From Paraspadella gotoi (Eukaryota > Animalia > Chaetognatha): 64,000 nt of DNA. This document shows positions 24,325 through 37,900 of this stretch, in pieces; the first letter of the stretch is position 1, and every line of letters begins with the position of its first letter. A program made the translations under genes and the position numbers. The notes under the pieces were generated by a model. That model saw only the letters and a program-made list of their open reading frames with translations, was not told the DNA's origin and made no database searches. Location of the stretch: positions 4,505,438 through 4,569,437 of the forward strand of contig CM119267.1 in NCBI GenBank assembly GCA_051294375.1, given 5' to 3'.

Positions 24325-24632
24325 ACAATTTTTTTCTAGCATAATTTTTTCCACTTGCATAATTTTTCAACTTGCATAATTTTTTCGAACTTGCATAATT
24401 TTTTTCAACTTGCAATAATTTTTTCAACTTGCATAATTTTTTTTCAACTTGCATAAATTTTTCAACTTGCCATAATTTTTCAACTTGCTTAATTTTTCAA
24501 ACTTGGCATAATTTTTTCAAACTTGCATATTTTTTCAACTTGCATATTTTTTCCACTTGCATAATTTTTTCAACTTGGCATAATTTTTTGCAACTTGCAT
24601 AATTTTTTCAACTTGAAAAAATTATGCAACTT
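24325..24632. repeat. ~18-bp minisatellite (TTTTTCAACTTGCATAA)n
   Basis: About 15 tandem units. Related units at 23240-23403 and, inverted, near 3320-3365 and 29810-30025. Confidence 0.85.
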
Positions 24633-27600
24633 TTTAGCATTTTTTTACCTTTCAACTATCTAGTTTATCAAGTTCAATGAATGAAGCAGTGAGGAAATTG
24701 AAATGTGTGTCCCATTTTTTTTGTTTTATATCGATTCCAAATATTTTTTTGTTTGAATTTGCATTTATCAGATTTACTACAATAGTGCAGTTTAGATTTT
24801 AATACTTTTTTATTAATTTCTTGATAAGTAAGGTCTGTGGCGGATCATTATACTTTGAAAGCAGAGATGTTGGAAGCGATCGATTTTTTCCGCCGCTGCC
24901 AATCGGGCTTCCGCAAGACCCCTAGCCGCTCCCGTTTTCGGGGTGCAATCCTTACTTTTTTTAGCGCCGGGAATTCCCGCCTTTCCCCCCGGTTTCGAGT
25001 GCACATCGCTCCTTCTTTTAGAAATTTTATATTTGTTATTATTTATAAAATATTCTCTTTAGACATGTAATTCATTGTAGATAATTTAACAATCTTTTTG
25101 TTAACAATAACAAGTAAAATTTTTACATATGAAAATTGTAAGATTGGTAAGAATCGTTTTTTAGTGGAAATAAATTTAAATTAAAAAAAAACCTGTTTCA
25201 TATTTGCCTTTTCTTTTTATTAAATGTAATACAAGCTGCATTTAATTATTTTAATTATCCAATTAATTAATCAATCAATCAATTTAACTAATCAACTAAT
25301 CAATCAAAAAATTAATGAATCATTTTTTTTATTTATTAATAATTTAATTAATCAATTAATTTAACAATCAACTAATTAATAAATTTTATTTATCAATTAA
25401 ATTATTAAAAGAACAAATTAATTAATTAATCAATGAATTAATCAATTAAAACAATCTCAGTATTAACATTGTCAGTCTCCAACGTCGTTCTTGCTTTTGT
25501 CGCTGGTCAGTGACCTGACGAACAAGACCTAAAAACTAACAGGCCTGATATGAATTTCATTTAATTGATCAATCATTTATTTTCTATAATCATGACGGTG
25601 GCTTTCCTTGTTATCATCATCAGGTCGTCATTTCTTTTGTCATAATTATATAATAAATAAAACGAAAAAACAAAATAAGCAAAAATGATAAAAATAATAA
25701 ACAACTAGTATTTACATTAGGTTAGCCATAATATAGGTTGGGTTATGAAAACAGGTCATTCTTATTGAGCGCACTACTGTACTAACGGGTTGTCTATCGT
25801 CATTGTATTCGTCGTCGTTATCGTCTTTGTTCAAATCCATTTGAAAAGCTGGCCAAATGTTGCGATGTGTCATTCTTTTTAATTAATAAATATGTAATTA
25901 ATTAAATAATTTATTATTTTTTTAACTTAAATTAATAATTAATTACCGATAATGATCGTTGGCAGATCCGGCATTGTTTGCCAAACTTATTTATTATATT
26001 TTGATTTATTTATTTTACATATAATTTTATTATTTGCTTTTTTTATTCAGATGCAGAGGGGAAAAACGAAAGAAGATAGAGAAGACAGAGAGTGTGTGTT
26101 AGAGATATAAGTATGTATAAGCACAATTTATGCAATATTGACATAAAGCAGATCAATCGCTTTTTGGGTTCAAACTTGTTGGATTTAAAAAACCGTATGT
26201 CTAAATAAAAAAAAATAACAAAATATAAAAAATAAATTTTTAGTTTTATGAATTAAAAAATTTTCCAATTTATTTTTATTTAACTTATAATTATAGTTTT
26301 TTTCAGTAGAAAAAATTTTTGTTCATGCTCAGATTTTATCAAGATTTTATTTTAACTATATTAAAAGAATAATTAAAAAATTAAATATATAATTTTTTTT
26401 ATAGATTCTCGACCAAGCAAGGAAGAGCGTACAAGTAAAACCAAAAAATCAAAGAGAGAATAAGAAAAAGTGAATAAAAAATAAGAGCAAAGCTATAATT
26501 TAAATACATGAAAATTTAATAAGCAAACATCAATGAGAAAGACAAGCGGCAGATCTTCTCAATACATTAATATAGCCTCTAATTCATATACCCTAACCGA
26601 AATACATAACAAAATGAGCGGGCGAGGTAAGCGAACACGGCCAGGGTTAATTATAAGCTTCCGGGTTCAATCCTTTATTCTCAATTTTTTCTATCGCTCC
26701 GGTTTTTGGTTCTTCAAAAATCGGCAAGCTTCCACAGTGTATCGCTTACGCTTACCGGATGCGTCCACATCTCTGCTTTGAAAGATTATGTTGCATGCTG
26801 CGAAAAGGAGTCCATAAACAAAGCAACAAGAAATATTTTCATATTTTTGGCAAAAATATAAAAAAAATTATTTTTAAAAATATTTACGATAAAAAATTTA
26901 GAAAAGAATATATTAAAACTAAATTTCATTGGCTATTTTGCTTTAAAAACGCTGCTTTTGGTTGTGGAGCGCATCTGGTATATTAAGACCAAACAAGAAA
27001 AAATTGGCTATTTTGTGTAAAGCATGCAAAGTGAAGACTCTAGTGTGCAGACAGAAGAGCAAATTTTCAATAGAAAGGAATAAATTGCTAAAGCAAAAAC
27101 AAACATTTCGGATGCAATTAATTTATTTATTAATTAGCCAGCTAAATGAGCGTGCGAGTGGACATGAGTTTTAAATGGAAAAACAAAAGTCATATTACTT
27201 GAAGCATTTTTAATATACTATTATATGTTTACGAAATACACTATTCTTTATATCAACGAAGAAATCCAGCTTCGCTCCTCTCTTCTCACCGATGCTCTTT
27301 TGTCTTTTTTACTGACACAAGAATTGCCAGCTTTTCAGCGATTACAGAGACATCATTTCTATTTAGACTTGTTATATATACTATATTCTTAAGTACAGAT
27401 TCCTGGCGGATTCTGATTGGGTTCATCGGATTTCATAGATTTTTTAATTAGCGGATTTATCGATGTGAACGATCAGGATCTGTCATTCTTGCTCTTTTCA
27501 GTTCTCTGAAAATCTCGGAATCTCCAGGGGTTCTTAAGAAACTATTTGGTAATTGCTGGATTGGTGACTTTCCTGTGAGAGAAGCAACTTTTGTTACTAA

Positions 27601-30600
27601 TTTTGGCTTTACGAAACAAAGTAAGAAAGATTCTTTAAACTTTATATAGTATATTTGCTGAGTTTCGTATTAAATGTTTTGTTATCCTTTCCCAGGAGTC
27701 TAAGCTTACACAACTTCGCCTTTACACAACTATCACCTTTAACTCTCACTTCACTTCAACTGTTAACTCTTACAACTTTAAAGTAACTAATTTGTTAAGT
27801 CCCTGGGCCTTCGCCTTTTGGCCGAAGACTTTGTCGTCGGCTATCTACTTGAGCAGTCATAGAACCGCGCCATCGTCTCCTCTGCGCCCATTACGGATCC
27901 ACAAATACCAACGCTTTAATTTGGGCGTAGAGTTAGCAGAAAAATTAGCAAGTCAAGGGTGAAACCGACTCTCGCGAACTTTACGTTTCAAAACATTATA
28001 ATATATATATATATAATACTCATAATTATTATATTGATTAAAAATTGGAATAGATAAATTGAAATGAAATTTTTTGTGTTGGTAGGAAACTATGAGATTA
28101 AGCTGATATTAGACACATTTTTTCCACTGAAAATTGGTTATGGAAAAGGTATAATCTTTTCGTATTTTATGGGGGGCTATACACAAAATAAATGCATTTT
28201 TCGTACATTTTTTTTTAATATCCTCGCCTTTCCCAGAGGCATTAAAGTGGCCACGGGCGTCAAAATAATTGATTTTCAGCGAATTTCTGAAGGTTTTTTT
28301 CATAAATTTTTTTAGATAATTATAAAAATAATGATAAAATTTGTATTATCTGTTATAAGTAAATGTTGTCTGAAAATATTTAATGTATTTAAATAATCTC
28401 AACCGTTATTGGGAATTTTTAATAATATATTAAAAACCGGAAGTTAAGTTTATTGCATGAACTTTTTTTAATAATTGAAAAAATTGAGTCACAGATTCAA
28501 ATACTTTTAATTGGCTTTAAGAAAACATGGGCAAAGAACCAGTTTTAAATTAAATAATAATGGATTTCATAACAAAAAAATCAGTATAAAAAAGGCGCAT
28601 AGATAAAATTTGTGACCAAAATGCCGCTGCCGTTTTTAAAGTTTTAAAGTTAAAAAGTTTGAAACTTTTTTGTTGGGGTGGTCGCAACAGGTCGTGTGGG
28701 ATGCATATCATAATTCCCTGCAAAAGTCCTCGAATTTGCTTAGGATTATAGGGTAATTGCAGTTCTATCATCGTAAACACGAGGCTCGCCAGTTTTGCAT
28801 TCAATACAAGTGTCTTTTCGGCATCTTTTGGCGATGACTTCAATGCGTACTCCGCGGTCCAGCGTGCAAAATAAGAGTGGCACGCTTTAAAATAGTTACA
28901 TCACAATCTTGTACGAATCTTGTTCAGGCCTTGCACCTTGTCGCAAGAGAGAGATTTCCCTAAAATCAGGATTTGCTTCGCTTCTCCGAGTTTCGCACAA
29001 TTTTGTCTGTTCAACAGCAACAATGTGAGACATACTTATTTCAATGTTTGTCGTTTATTCAAGAAACATGAAAATGAAGCGGCTGAAGAACGTTTCTGCC
29101 TTTGGAGGTTCTATGCGCAGAGTCTGAAAATGTTCCAGCCGCTTGTAATATCAACTCTGGATATAATGGCACACGGTTTGTTATGTTGTATTTACAATGA
29201 AACCCGCCTCTATGGCTTGTAGTAAAACGGCAAAATAATTTATGTATCCAAATTTTATATTGATTGGTTTTGAATTTGACTTGGAAATGAGCGAAAGTTT
29301 TGCCCTTCAAAATCGTTATTGATTTTAGAACATTTAAATCTTCTTGTCTAACTTTCTGAAAAATTTGTTTTAAAAAATTTACATAATTTCTTCTGAAGCG
29401 AGATGTATTGAAAAAATCGTGCAGTTTTTTTTCTTAGACAAGGTTTAAATCGAACAGAATGACAGCCTTTTTGGAGACCTCTATGACCACTTTCCCGCGG
29501 AAAAAAATGTGTCTACTGATATAAGGTTTTGATGGAAATCGTAAGAGTGAAAAAAGAAGTTTTAAAAACAAAAACCAAAAAGACACATTTATGTCAATTT
29601 TTAAAAAGTTTTCCATCTCTCTATGATTGACACAATTATGCCGTTGAGCAGTTATGTCAGTTTACAAAAATTATATATATTGTATTAATTGTATATGATA
29701 TATATATATATGAGTGGATTTATTCGATACAATAAGTTGATTAGTAACAATCATGCATCAACAACAAACAGACTAAGTCAGTTGGACAATTAATACAATT
29801 ATAACAATTTACACAAATTATGCAAGTTGACCAAATTAAGCAGTTGACCAAATAATGCCAGTTCACCAATTATGCCAGTTGACCGTCACATTTTGGCAAG
29901 TTGATCAAATTATACAAGTTGAAAAAATTTGCCAGTTGCCAAAATTATGCCTGTTGACGCAAATTATGTCATTGACCAAATTATGCAAGTTAATTAAATT
30001 AGGAGTTGACCAACTATGCAAGTTGGTATTGCCTATTGGCAGCAGCTACTGGTAATGATTGATAGAATCAATTGATTTATAGATTTTTCATAGATTTATT
30101 AAGAAAATCTGTTATGGATTTGTTATAATCCCTAATTGAGAGTCAGAAAATTACCATGCTTTATCATGCGGATTAGCTTATTACCGCTTAAATTTTCGTA
30201 GGCAGTCCGAACATTGTTTGCTCAAACTTGTTTTTTATTTTTTCCCTCTCAGGTCATGAAGAAATTCTTTGCTCTTTGGTTTTGAAGTTCAGTAATACTT
30301 TCGAATCGACGGAGAGATGGAGGCTGAAACTTTGCGGCCTCGGAAGATGATTCGCATTGGAGACGGGCAACATTGGCTGTAGTGACGACAGCGCTTGGGC
30401 TCCTGAAGGTTCATTTGAAAGGTCAAAAAAATCCCGGCGCTCGCGACGAGGGGAAATAAGGGTGGGGAGAAGCGATTAGGAGATGGGAGAGATGCGAGGC
30501 CAGTTCGATGAGGTAAAGGAGTTAAAGATCGCGGCTGCTGGAAAACGGTGTCGTGAATGAAGGGCATTGACACTAAAAAAAGGTAGCTGGAATATGTTTT

Positions 30601-31191
30601 TTTTACTTTTTTTTAAGAATTAGGGGTGGGACTAATATTTTGCCTGATTAACTGAGCAAAGCATTACTTTGAATTTTTCGTAAGAGTTTAGTCTGAGTTT
30701 TTTTTAATATATTCCTCATACCGGCATTCAAGTGGATCCAAATGCCCTAAATTTCCGGAAAACCTTGCCCTTTTTTTGGCAAAAACAAGCTTTTTTGGAA
30801 TGCTGATTATCATAGAAGCCCTCTGAGGTTTTTTTGAAACGTTTTAAATGATAAAAAGTTGTTTGAAAAAAATATGGAGAAAAAATTCATTATTCGACAA
30901 ATTAGGTTTTAAAGAAATCATTTTGGTTGTTGAAGCGTCTTTTGATTTATAATTTTGATAATTTAAAAAGAAATTGACGCCAATTATATTTTTTCTTTAT
31001 TTATATTATAGTAATAGGTGTATGTTTGAATAAATATAAAATCAATTAATTTAATCTTTTAAAAGTGCGCTAAGCAAATTAAATCGGAAAAATCGATCAA
31101 AAAAAAGAATCGTATGGTAATTTCTTGAAGACATCGAATTCTTTTTTTATTATTATTTTGAATGAANNNNNNNNNNNNNNNNNNNNNNNNN

Positions 31192-31572
31192 TATATTTGC
31201 TGAATTGCAAAAAATTTGTAACAGGAAACTAAAAACAACAACGACGACGACGACAACGACGACGACGACGACTTCGTTAATCGAATTTCCGCATCNNNNN
31301 NNNNNNNNNNNNNNNNNNNNNNNNNNNNNNNNNNNNNNNNNNNNNNNNNNNNNNNNNNNNNNNNNNNNNNNNNNNNNNNNNNNNNNNNNNNNNNNNNNNN
31401 NNNNNNNNNNNNNNNNNNNNNNNNNNNNNNNNNNNNNNNNNNNNNNNNNNNNNNNNNNNNNNNNNNNNNNNNNNNNNNNNNNNNNTGGACAATTGGACAG
31501 ACACGGACTGTCGAATAGAACAAGAACGTTGAACAGACAGTCGGATAGTTAATTACAAGGGTGGATTTTTAG
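31192..31572 (+). repeat. Direct repeat of about 19955-20249
   Basis: TATATTTGCTG.AATTGCAAAAAATTTGT...TGGACAATTGGACAGACACGGACTGTCGAATAGAACAAGA...GGGTGGATTTTTAGT is shared by both sites. Confidence 0.85.
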
Positions 31573-31812
31573 TTGCTGAAGTTGACTTACCTGATGACTG
31601 GCAAATAACATTGACTAATGACTAATGATTAGCAATCTCATTTAGATTTTTTTTTCTATTGCTTATGCTTTATTAAATATTTCTCAATGTCACCAAATAA
31701 AAAAAGTTTAGTACAAAGCGATTAAGTTTAACGGACATTGGACAAAAGAATTTCGAATTAGAAAACAATTTGATAAAACTTTTTTTTTTTAAATTGAGCC
31801 TTTCCCTACTAG

Positions 31813-32095
31813 GTGGCGCTAGCGGTGACGGCCTACATGACGATCGCCGTCGCCATCTCCTTTTCCTTCGAGACTCACTTCGCCTGCAACCACGACAAGA
31901 AGCGTCCCTTCGTCACCAAGACGCCCTGGACTCCGTGGACGCTGGCCGAGGTGTTCGGGATGACCGCGGCGCTGACTGCCTTCTTCGCGGCTTCCTACAA
32001 GTTCCTGCTGCTGCCGCTCTGCGCCAAGGATAAACGGCGGGAGATGCTCAACTGTTTCGTCGTGGATCATCTCGCTTACACGTTGCTCTTTTATT
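31813..32095 (+). CDS. Putative GPCR TM4-ECL2-TM5 exon
   Basis: Acceptor CCCTACTAG|GTG; VALAVTAYMTIAVAISF-SFETHFACNHD...WTLAEVFGMTAALTAFFAASYKFLLLPLC, two hydrophobic helices around a Cys loop. 3' end uncertain near an N gap. Confidence 0.55.
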
Positions 32096-32663
32096 NNNNN
32101 NNNNNNNNNNNNNNNNNNNNATATTAAACACACCAATAAGATCCTTCAACAGCACATAAAGCGATCGAGCCGCTTCTCGATAGTAAGCCAAATACTTGAT
32201 CGCATGATACAACATTTGATGCGCGATGATACACAAATATGACAACGATGATAACACTACCATTGATCGCCGATGATAACAAAATGACTGATGTGGTGAA
32301 CAATGAAATTCGGATGCGATGATAGTTCATTCATTGACATGATGATCAATACATTCCCATTGATACGCATGATAGTCATTCATTGATGCGCATGACTAGT
32401 ACATTCTATCGACGCGCACTGAGTCATTCAATCGTAAAAGTAACAAAACAATGCGTGGTATGAGTGAGAGAGAGAGACGAGAAGAGAGAGAGAGAGAAAG
32501 GAGGATGAGAGAGGTCTGGACAGGTTCCCCGCCAACGGGACAACGCATCCTATGTGAGTCCTTGCTCGGTTTATGATAACGCATAATCAGAATGTTAGCA
32601 CCCAAACCAACTCACGAAAATCTCAGGCGATTACTTGTGCATTTCGGTATTCGAGCAAACAAA

Positions 32664-33800
32664 GGCGCGGAATAAATGCGGCGATAACTAAAAAGTTCTA
32701 GAAAGGAGAAAAAGGCGAGAGAGAAGCCAGACCGAGAGCCAGAGCAGGCGCAGAGAGAAAAAGAGCCAATAAGAAATTTTTGTGTACATTTGAAACAATT
32801 ACATCCCCTATTAACAACTATACCTAGTCTGAAAATACTCAGTTAATGACTATCGTATTTTTGACTTCCAATAATAATAATAAATCGCGTTATCGCGTTA
32901 TAGGCGTTATTAGGTCATGTTCCTTGACATGTGTTTACTCGGGTTGCTGTCCGCCACGGCCACGAAATCCAGGTAAAGAGAACCACCCAAGCGGCGAATA
33001 CATGGTGATAATAAAAAGTTTTACCGAAAGGAAACAAATAATCAGAAGAGAGAGAGAGAGAGAGAGAGAAGAAATAAAAATCCACGAAAATCTCGGAATT
33101 CAATGGGCAGATAATAAAAGTTTTTTAGAAGGAAAAAAAAGAGAGAGAAAGAGAGAAGAGGCGAGAGAAGAGAGAGAAAGAGAGCATGGAGCGAAAAAGA
33201 TTTGGTTCTTTTTTTAGGAAGAAACTAGACCGAGGTCAAATTTAATATTTGCATATTTAATTAATTTATAAATAGTTATCATCAACGTTCATATAATTAT
33301 TATTTAAAAAAAGTTAAAATGATTAAATATATATCTAAACAATATTTATAAATTTAATAATAGTGCAAATTCATCCGAAGAATAACAAAAATAATGTTTC
33401 AATTTGACTATATCTCTTCTATCAACTCCATTTAGCTATAGAATTGCCAAAGTGGGCCGAACTGGGTCCAAGTTGCAATAATAATAAAATATAAATTTTT
33501 TTTTTATAATGTGGATGCATGCTTATATTATTGCGGCGAAAGTGTGCATATATCATAGCGTCACATATAGCTGATTATATATGTGCAAGCATATCATTAT
33601 AAGATTTATTCTTCATTTTTTCTTTAAAAAATATAAAGAGACCGAGAGAAGGAGAGAGAGAGAGAGAAGAGGAAAGAAAAAGACAAAACCGCAATTTCTT
33701 TCCCAATTATAATCTCAGATATAAATTTGGGCATTTTGTCATTGAAAAAAAAGCGCGAATAAATGGCGATAATCAAAAAGTTTTGTGAAGGAGAAAAAAT
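32664..33800 (+). repeat. Four dispersed copies of a ~50-bp motif interleaved with GA tracts
   Basis: GCGCGAATAAATGGCGATAAT.AAAAAGTTTT...GAAGGA.AAAAA-like motif near 32666, 32991, 33100 and 33753. Confidence 0.6.
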
Positions 33801-34999
33801 AATCCAGCATTTTTCAAAAACGATATAACCGATCCGTAACAGCAGTGACAGAGACGAAAGACAGAAAGTATGTATGTTACAATATAGAAGAGTTAGGCCA
33901 AGGTGATGCGTGACTGTTTACCTGAAAGCCACAATATGTACAGAAAGAAAAAGAGCCTGGAGAGGTCAGCGGAAAGAGAGAGTGAGGGGGATAAATAGGA
34001 GTAGAATGCGCATTACCCTTCCACGCGGCACTTGGTTCCAGCTGACCTACTCGTTAATGCGAGGGTTCAGAAAACCTCGCAGTGCATATTCTGGACAATA
34101 TATTAGTGGAAAAAAAAAATGTTACTATACTACATTTACAAGAAATTTACCCATAGGTAAGTTTCATGAATCAACTACTGCTCTCACAACTCTGTTTTGA
34201 CTCCTACTCTCTGCGACTACACATCTCTTCACTATTTTTTCTGGTCAATCGCATCGCTTGTACAACAGATTTACAGTTTATACTTTGTCTATGTTCTAAT
34301 CTACCATCTCACTTCTCATCTACTAACACACCATCCTTTGAGGTTACCATTTTTCTTAAAAAATCTTTTTACAAAACACAATGTTTTTTGATATTTGTCA
34401 ATCCTGTCACACTCATTATATCTGTCTGCACATATATGTACATTTATCATCTAGATAAAGCATTTCTATTTACACCTCCTTCAATTCATGCATATTATTA
34501 ATTAGATCTCATACTCCTTACATTGCATATTCGCACGTCACATCCTCACATGACCGTCGCGCAGATGTCCAACACAACTCACCTTACAAGCCACAACTGC
34601 CGTCACATACTGCACACACCCGATACATATCAGTCAGACTATTTTCAAGAGTCCGTAGAACAAGACCATATCGAGGAATTTTATAACTTACTATCGGAGC
34701 CCCTGCCACACTTGTAGTAAACTTTTATCCTCAGCCTCATTCATAACTAATTTAGTTTTAAATAAAACACCGGTAACGTCCACAGGCACCCACACTCATA
34801 CAAAAGCGTACGCTGCCGCAGGCTTTCTCTTAAATACATACAATGCCGTCCACAGAGTTTTATACTTCTGACCGCTGTTAATTCGCGAATGAAACTGACT
34901 CAGCGCAACCTTCTTCCTGACGCGAGCTCTTGTCTGGCCTTCCACCGCCCACCTGACACCCACACCCGCCTCCACAACCCCTACTCCTCCCCCCTCACT

Positions 35000-37900
35000 C
35001 CACCCCGGCCACAGCGCTCCACCACGACCGACCCGACCTAGCGTCACCAACCCACCGCACAGCAACCCTAAGAACATTATTTTAGTCTAGCCTGACCCGG
35101 CTTCGGCCTTCTCGTTTGGCGTTCACTAATATGGATGACTCGATACCTTTAATTTACATGGCAAATAGGTAGTATGAGTCCATAGGATTATATCTTACGT
35201 GCGACTCGCACTTCTCTCGTTCGGATACACCCTTCCATCCCCACGATCCCTCCCCGCCCTTTCTTCACCAGCCGATGGCAAGTTTTCAACCAGTCCTTCC
35301 CATCGGAGCAGTAATGTGCGCGCGCGCAATAAATAAGAGACTAACGTGTAGCGCCATAGATAGTACATCCAGTCTCAAAAACGAACGAAACAAGTTGAGC
35401 ATACTCACCGGCCGTTTATCTTGGCGGCAGAAGCGACAGCAGCAGCGAACTTGTAGGAACTCGCTGTATAGAAGGTCAGTCAGTCGCCGCCGTCTATACC
35501 CGACACCTTTTCGTTCCAGACGTTCCACGGATACTAGGGGCGTCTGGTGACGAGGGACGCTTCTTTGTCGTGCCGTGCAGCGAAGTAGAATACTCGAAGG
35601 AAAATATGCTGGCGACGCAGTTGTGTCATGTAAGTGGGACCCACCCCGTCATCCTTGCTAGCGCCACCTAGTAGCGGAAAGGCCTCAATTTAAAAACAAA
35701 CAAAGAATTTTGTATCAAATTGTTTAAGTAATTCTGCAATCTAGATTGGTCGCAGGCCGATTATTTATTCTATAGACATAGTGATTACAGAGGCGATGTC
35801 CATGTATCTATCAGTGGCAGATGGAGATTTACCGCGATGCTCGTGATCCATTTTGGTATTCGAGTTGTGCTTATTTCGTTCGTCAATGCTGCCGGTTTAG
35901 GCAGCTTCTCTTTCTGAAATAATCCTGTATCTTCGTAAGTCTCTCAAATTTAAATTATTCTCTTTTATTCTTACTAATTAGTGACTATCTTTCGAGCCAC
36001 AACTACTGTATTTTAACTATTTATACAAGCATTAGGTTTCAAAATCTTACGCACACACAACCATCTTCAATAAAGATGCTAATCCACCCCATTATGTCAA
36101 TATACTCTCGCCAGATACTAATCCACTCTCCCACGCCTATTATTATACGCCTCAGCACAAACCAAATCGCAACTGTAAAGCACATTCGCGATCTCGCCCA
36201 CCGATTATCTAGGCCGCTTAACACTTCCCCTTCTATTTTCTACTAACAGCTAATCTACAATTACTTTATCTCAGGATTCACCCCCTTAATTAATTAGATC
36301 TTAATGTAAACGCTTAATTATTTAATTAAATCCTACTCTTACATCATCGCCAATTAATTTGACTCACACACATCGTTTCGCTTTTGCACTTGCACTCTAC
36401 ACATGACACCTGCACATCTACATCTAATATATCAGTCTAATTAATTGCACTAATTGAATTCACATTAACCTAATCTAACTCTACTTTACATCTATCTACA
36501 CTCATCATCTCTCGCCATTCTCACATTTAAACCACTCAAAACACGCCACTCACACAGCACACGCCTCTCACCTACTCACTCCCATCACTCTCATTTGTCT
36601 AACCCTATCCAGTCGTCCTCTCTTTCTGCCATATCTCAACTCACTTCTCCACTCAACACTATCATCAACAACTTGACTTCAGTTCTACACTCACCACATC
36701 CCTTCTTTGTCATCTGAATCACAAATTTCAAGCTTCTCTACATTTGCCCTCTTCATATATCCACTCCATGATATCATCTGCGCTCCGATCCTACAACACA
36801 CACTCACGCCTCCGCACCCCAACACTACCCTCGAGTCTATCCTACCTTACTCTCGCTCTCTTCAGTCATTTACACTCACTCACCCTACACTCAGCACGCA
36901 CTTCCACTTCTCACGCACTTCAGCTCGAGCATCCACGCATCTCCAAACATTTCAGCTTAATCACACACTCTCACTACCTCACACCAAAGACTCTTCATTC
37001 CAAACCACTCAGCATGCGCACCACACTACCCGATGTAACTCGGCTGTTTTTTTAGCACTAAAGTGGCACGCGCATGATCGCACGCGCGCACCGCCATGGA
37101 CCGCGACCCAGCACGGACAGGAGCAGACGGCATAGACGGCCACATCTCTATTTCTCTCGCATACACTCTTACTCCACTCAATCTGCACTCGCTCTAGCAC
37201 TCGATCAGACACGCTCAACGCCTCGCCTCGCGACGCGCACATATCTGTATATGCAGGTGACTCGCGGAGCACAGGAGCAGCAGACAATGCACTGTTACTA
37301 CGAGACGACGCACGCACGCGCTCGCAATCGCTACGCATCGGAAAGCACGACTCGCGACTAAAAACTCATTCCCTTCACCGTGTATCTTCTCTCTAACTAT
37401 ACTGCATGTCTGCTTATAATCTCACCTCTGTATCTACATTTCGTGACAGCGGTGTGTGTCATTGGTAGTATATGTTCTCATCTCGACTCTCTGTCAATAG
37501 TGGACACTCGACGCGTCGGCGCGTATAACTGTCTCAATCGTCACGACAGGCAAGTCAGATATGCTCGGTATTTCGAATTTAACGAATGCTACGCTCCGTA
37601 TCGTCCGTCGCTCTCGCTCTCGTCGTCACTACAGTCCAGGCTCTCCATGCTCAGACGAGCGGCCTTCACTCTGGATCAACGCCTAAACTCAATTCTTCCC
37701 TTTCAACATCAATACCTCTCCTTCGAATTACCGTATCCGGTAAATTCTTTATACACCCATACTGCACCCACAGCATAACCAACCCAAATAATCTGCGGAC
37801 AAGAACTCGACGACCGGCAGCCACCGCAATTCACAGCCCGCCTTGACCGTGTCTCCCTCCTCGCCAGACCCTCCATACTCACTCACGTGCTCACAGGAAC

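Noticed and set aside
24325-24632. Regularly spaced repeats superficially like a CRISPR array
   Set aside because: Head-to-tail units with no unique spacers, in a eukaryotic context with no cas genes.
28550-29310. ORFs in a moderately GC-richer patch, possible transposase remnant
   Set aside because: No recognisable DDE, RT or helicase motif in the frames I read; cannot be supported without a search.
30253-30560. Good acceptor (TTTCCCTCTCAG) followed by GC-richer sequence, candidate GPCR exon
   Set aside because: All frames hit stops quickly and no transmembrane or DRY-like motif is readable.
33820-33880. Possible sequencing-adapter remnant near the fold point of the inversion
   Set aside because: Only vague purine-rich similarity; not a defensible match.
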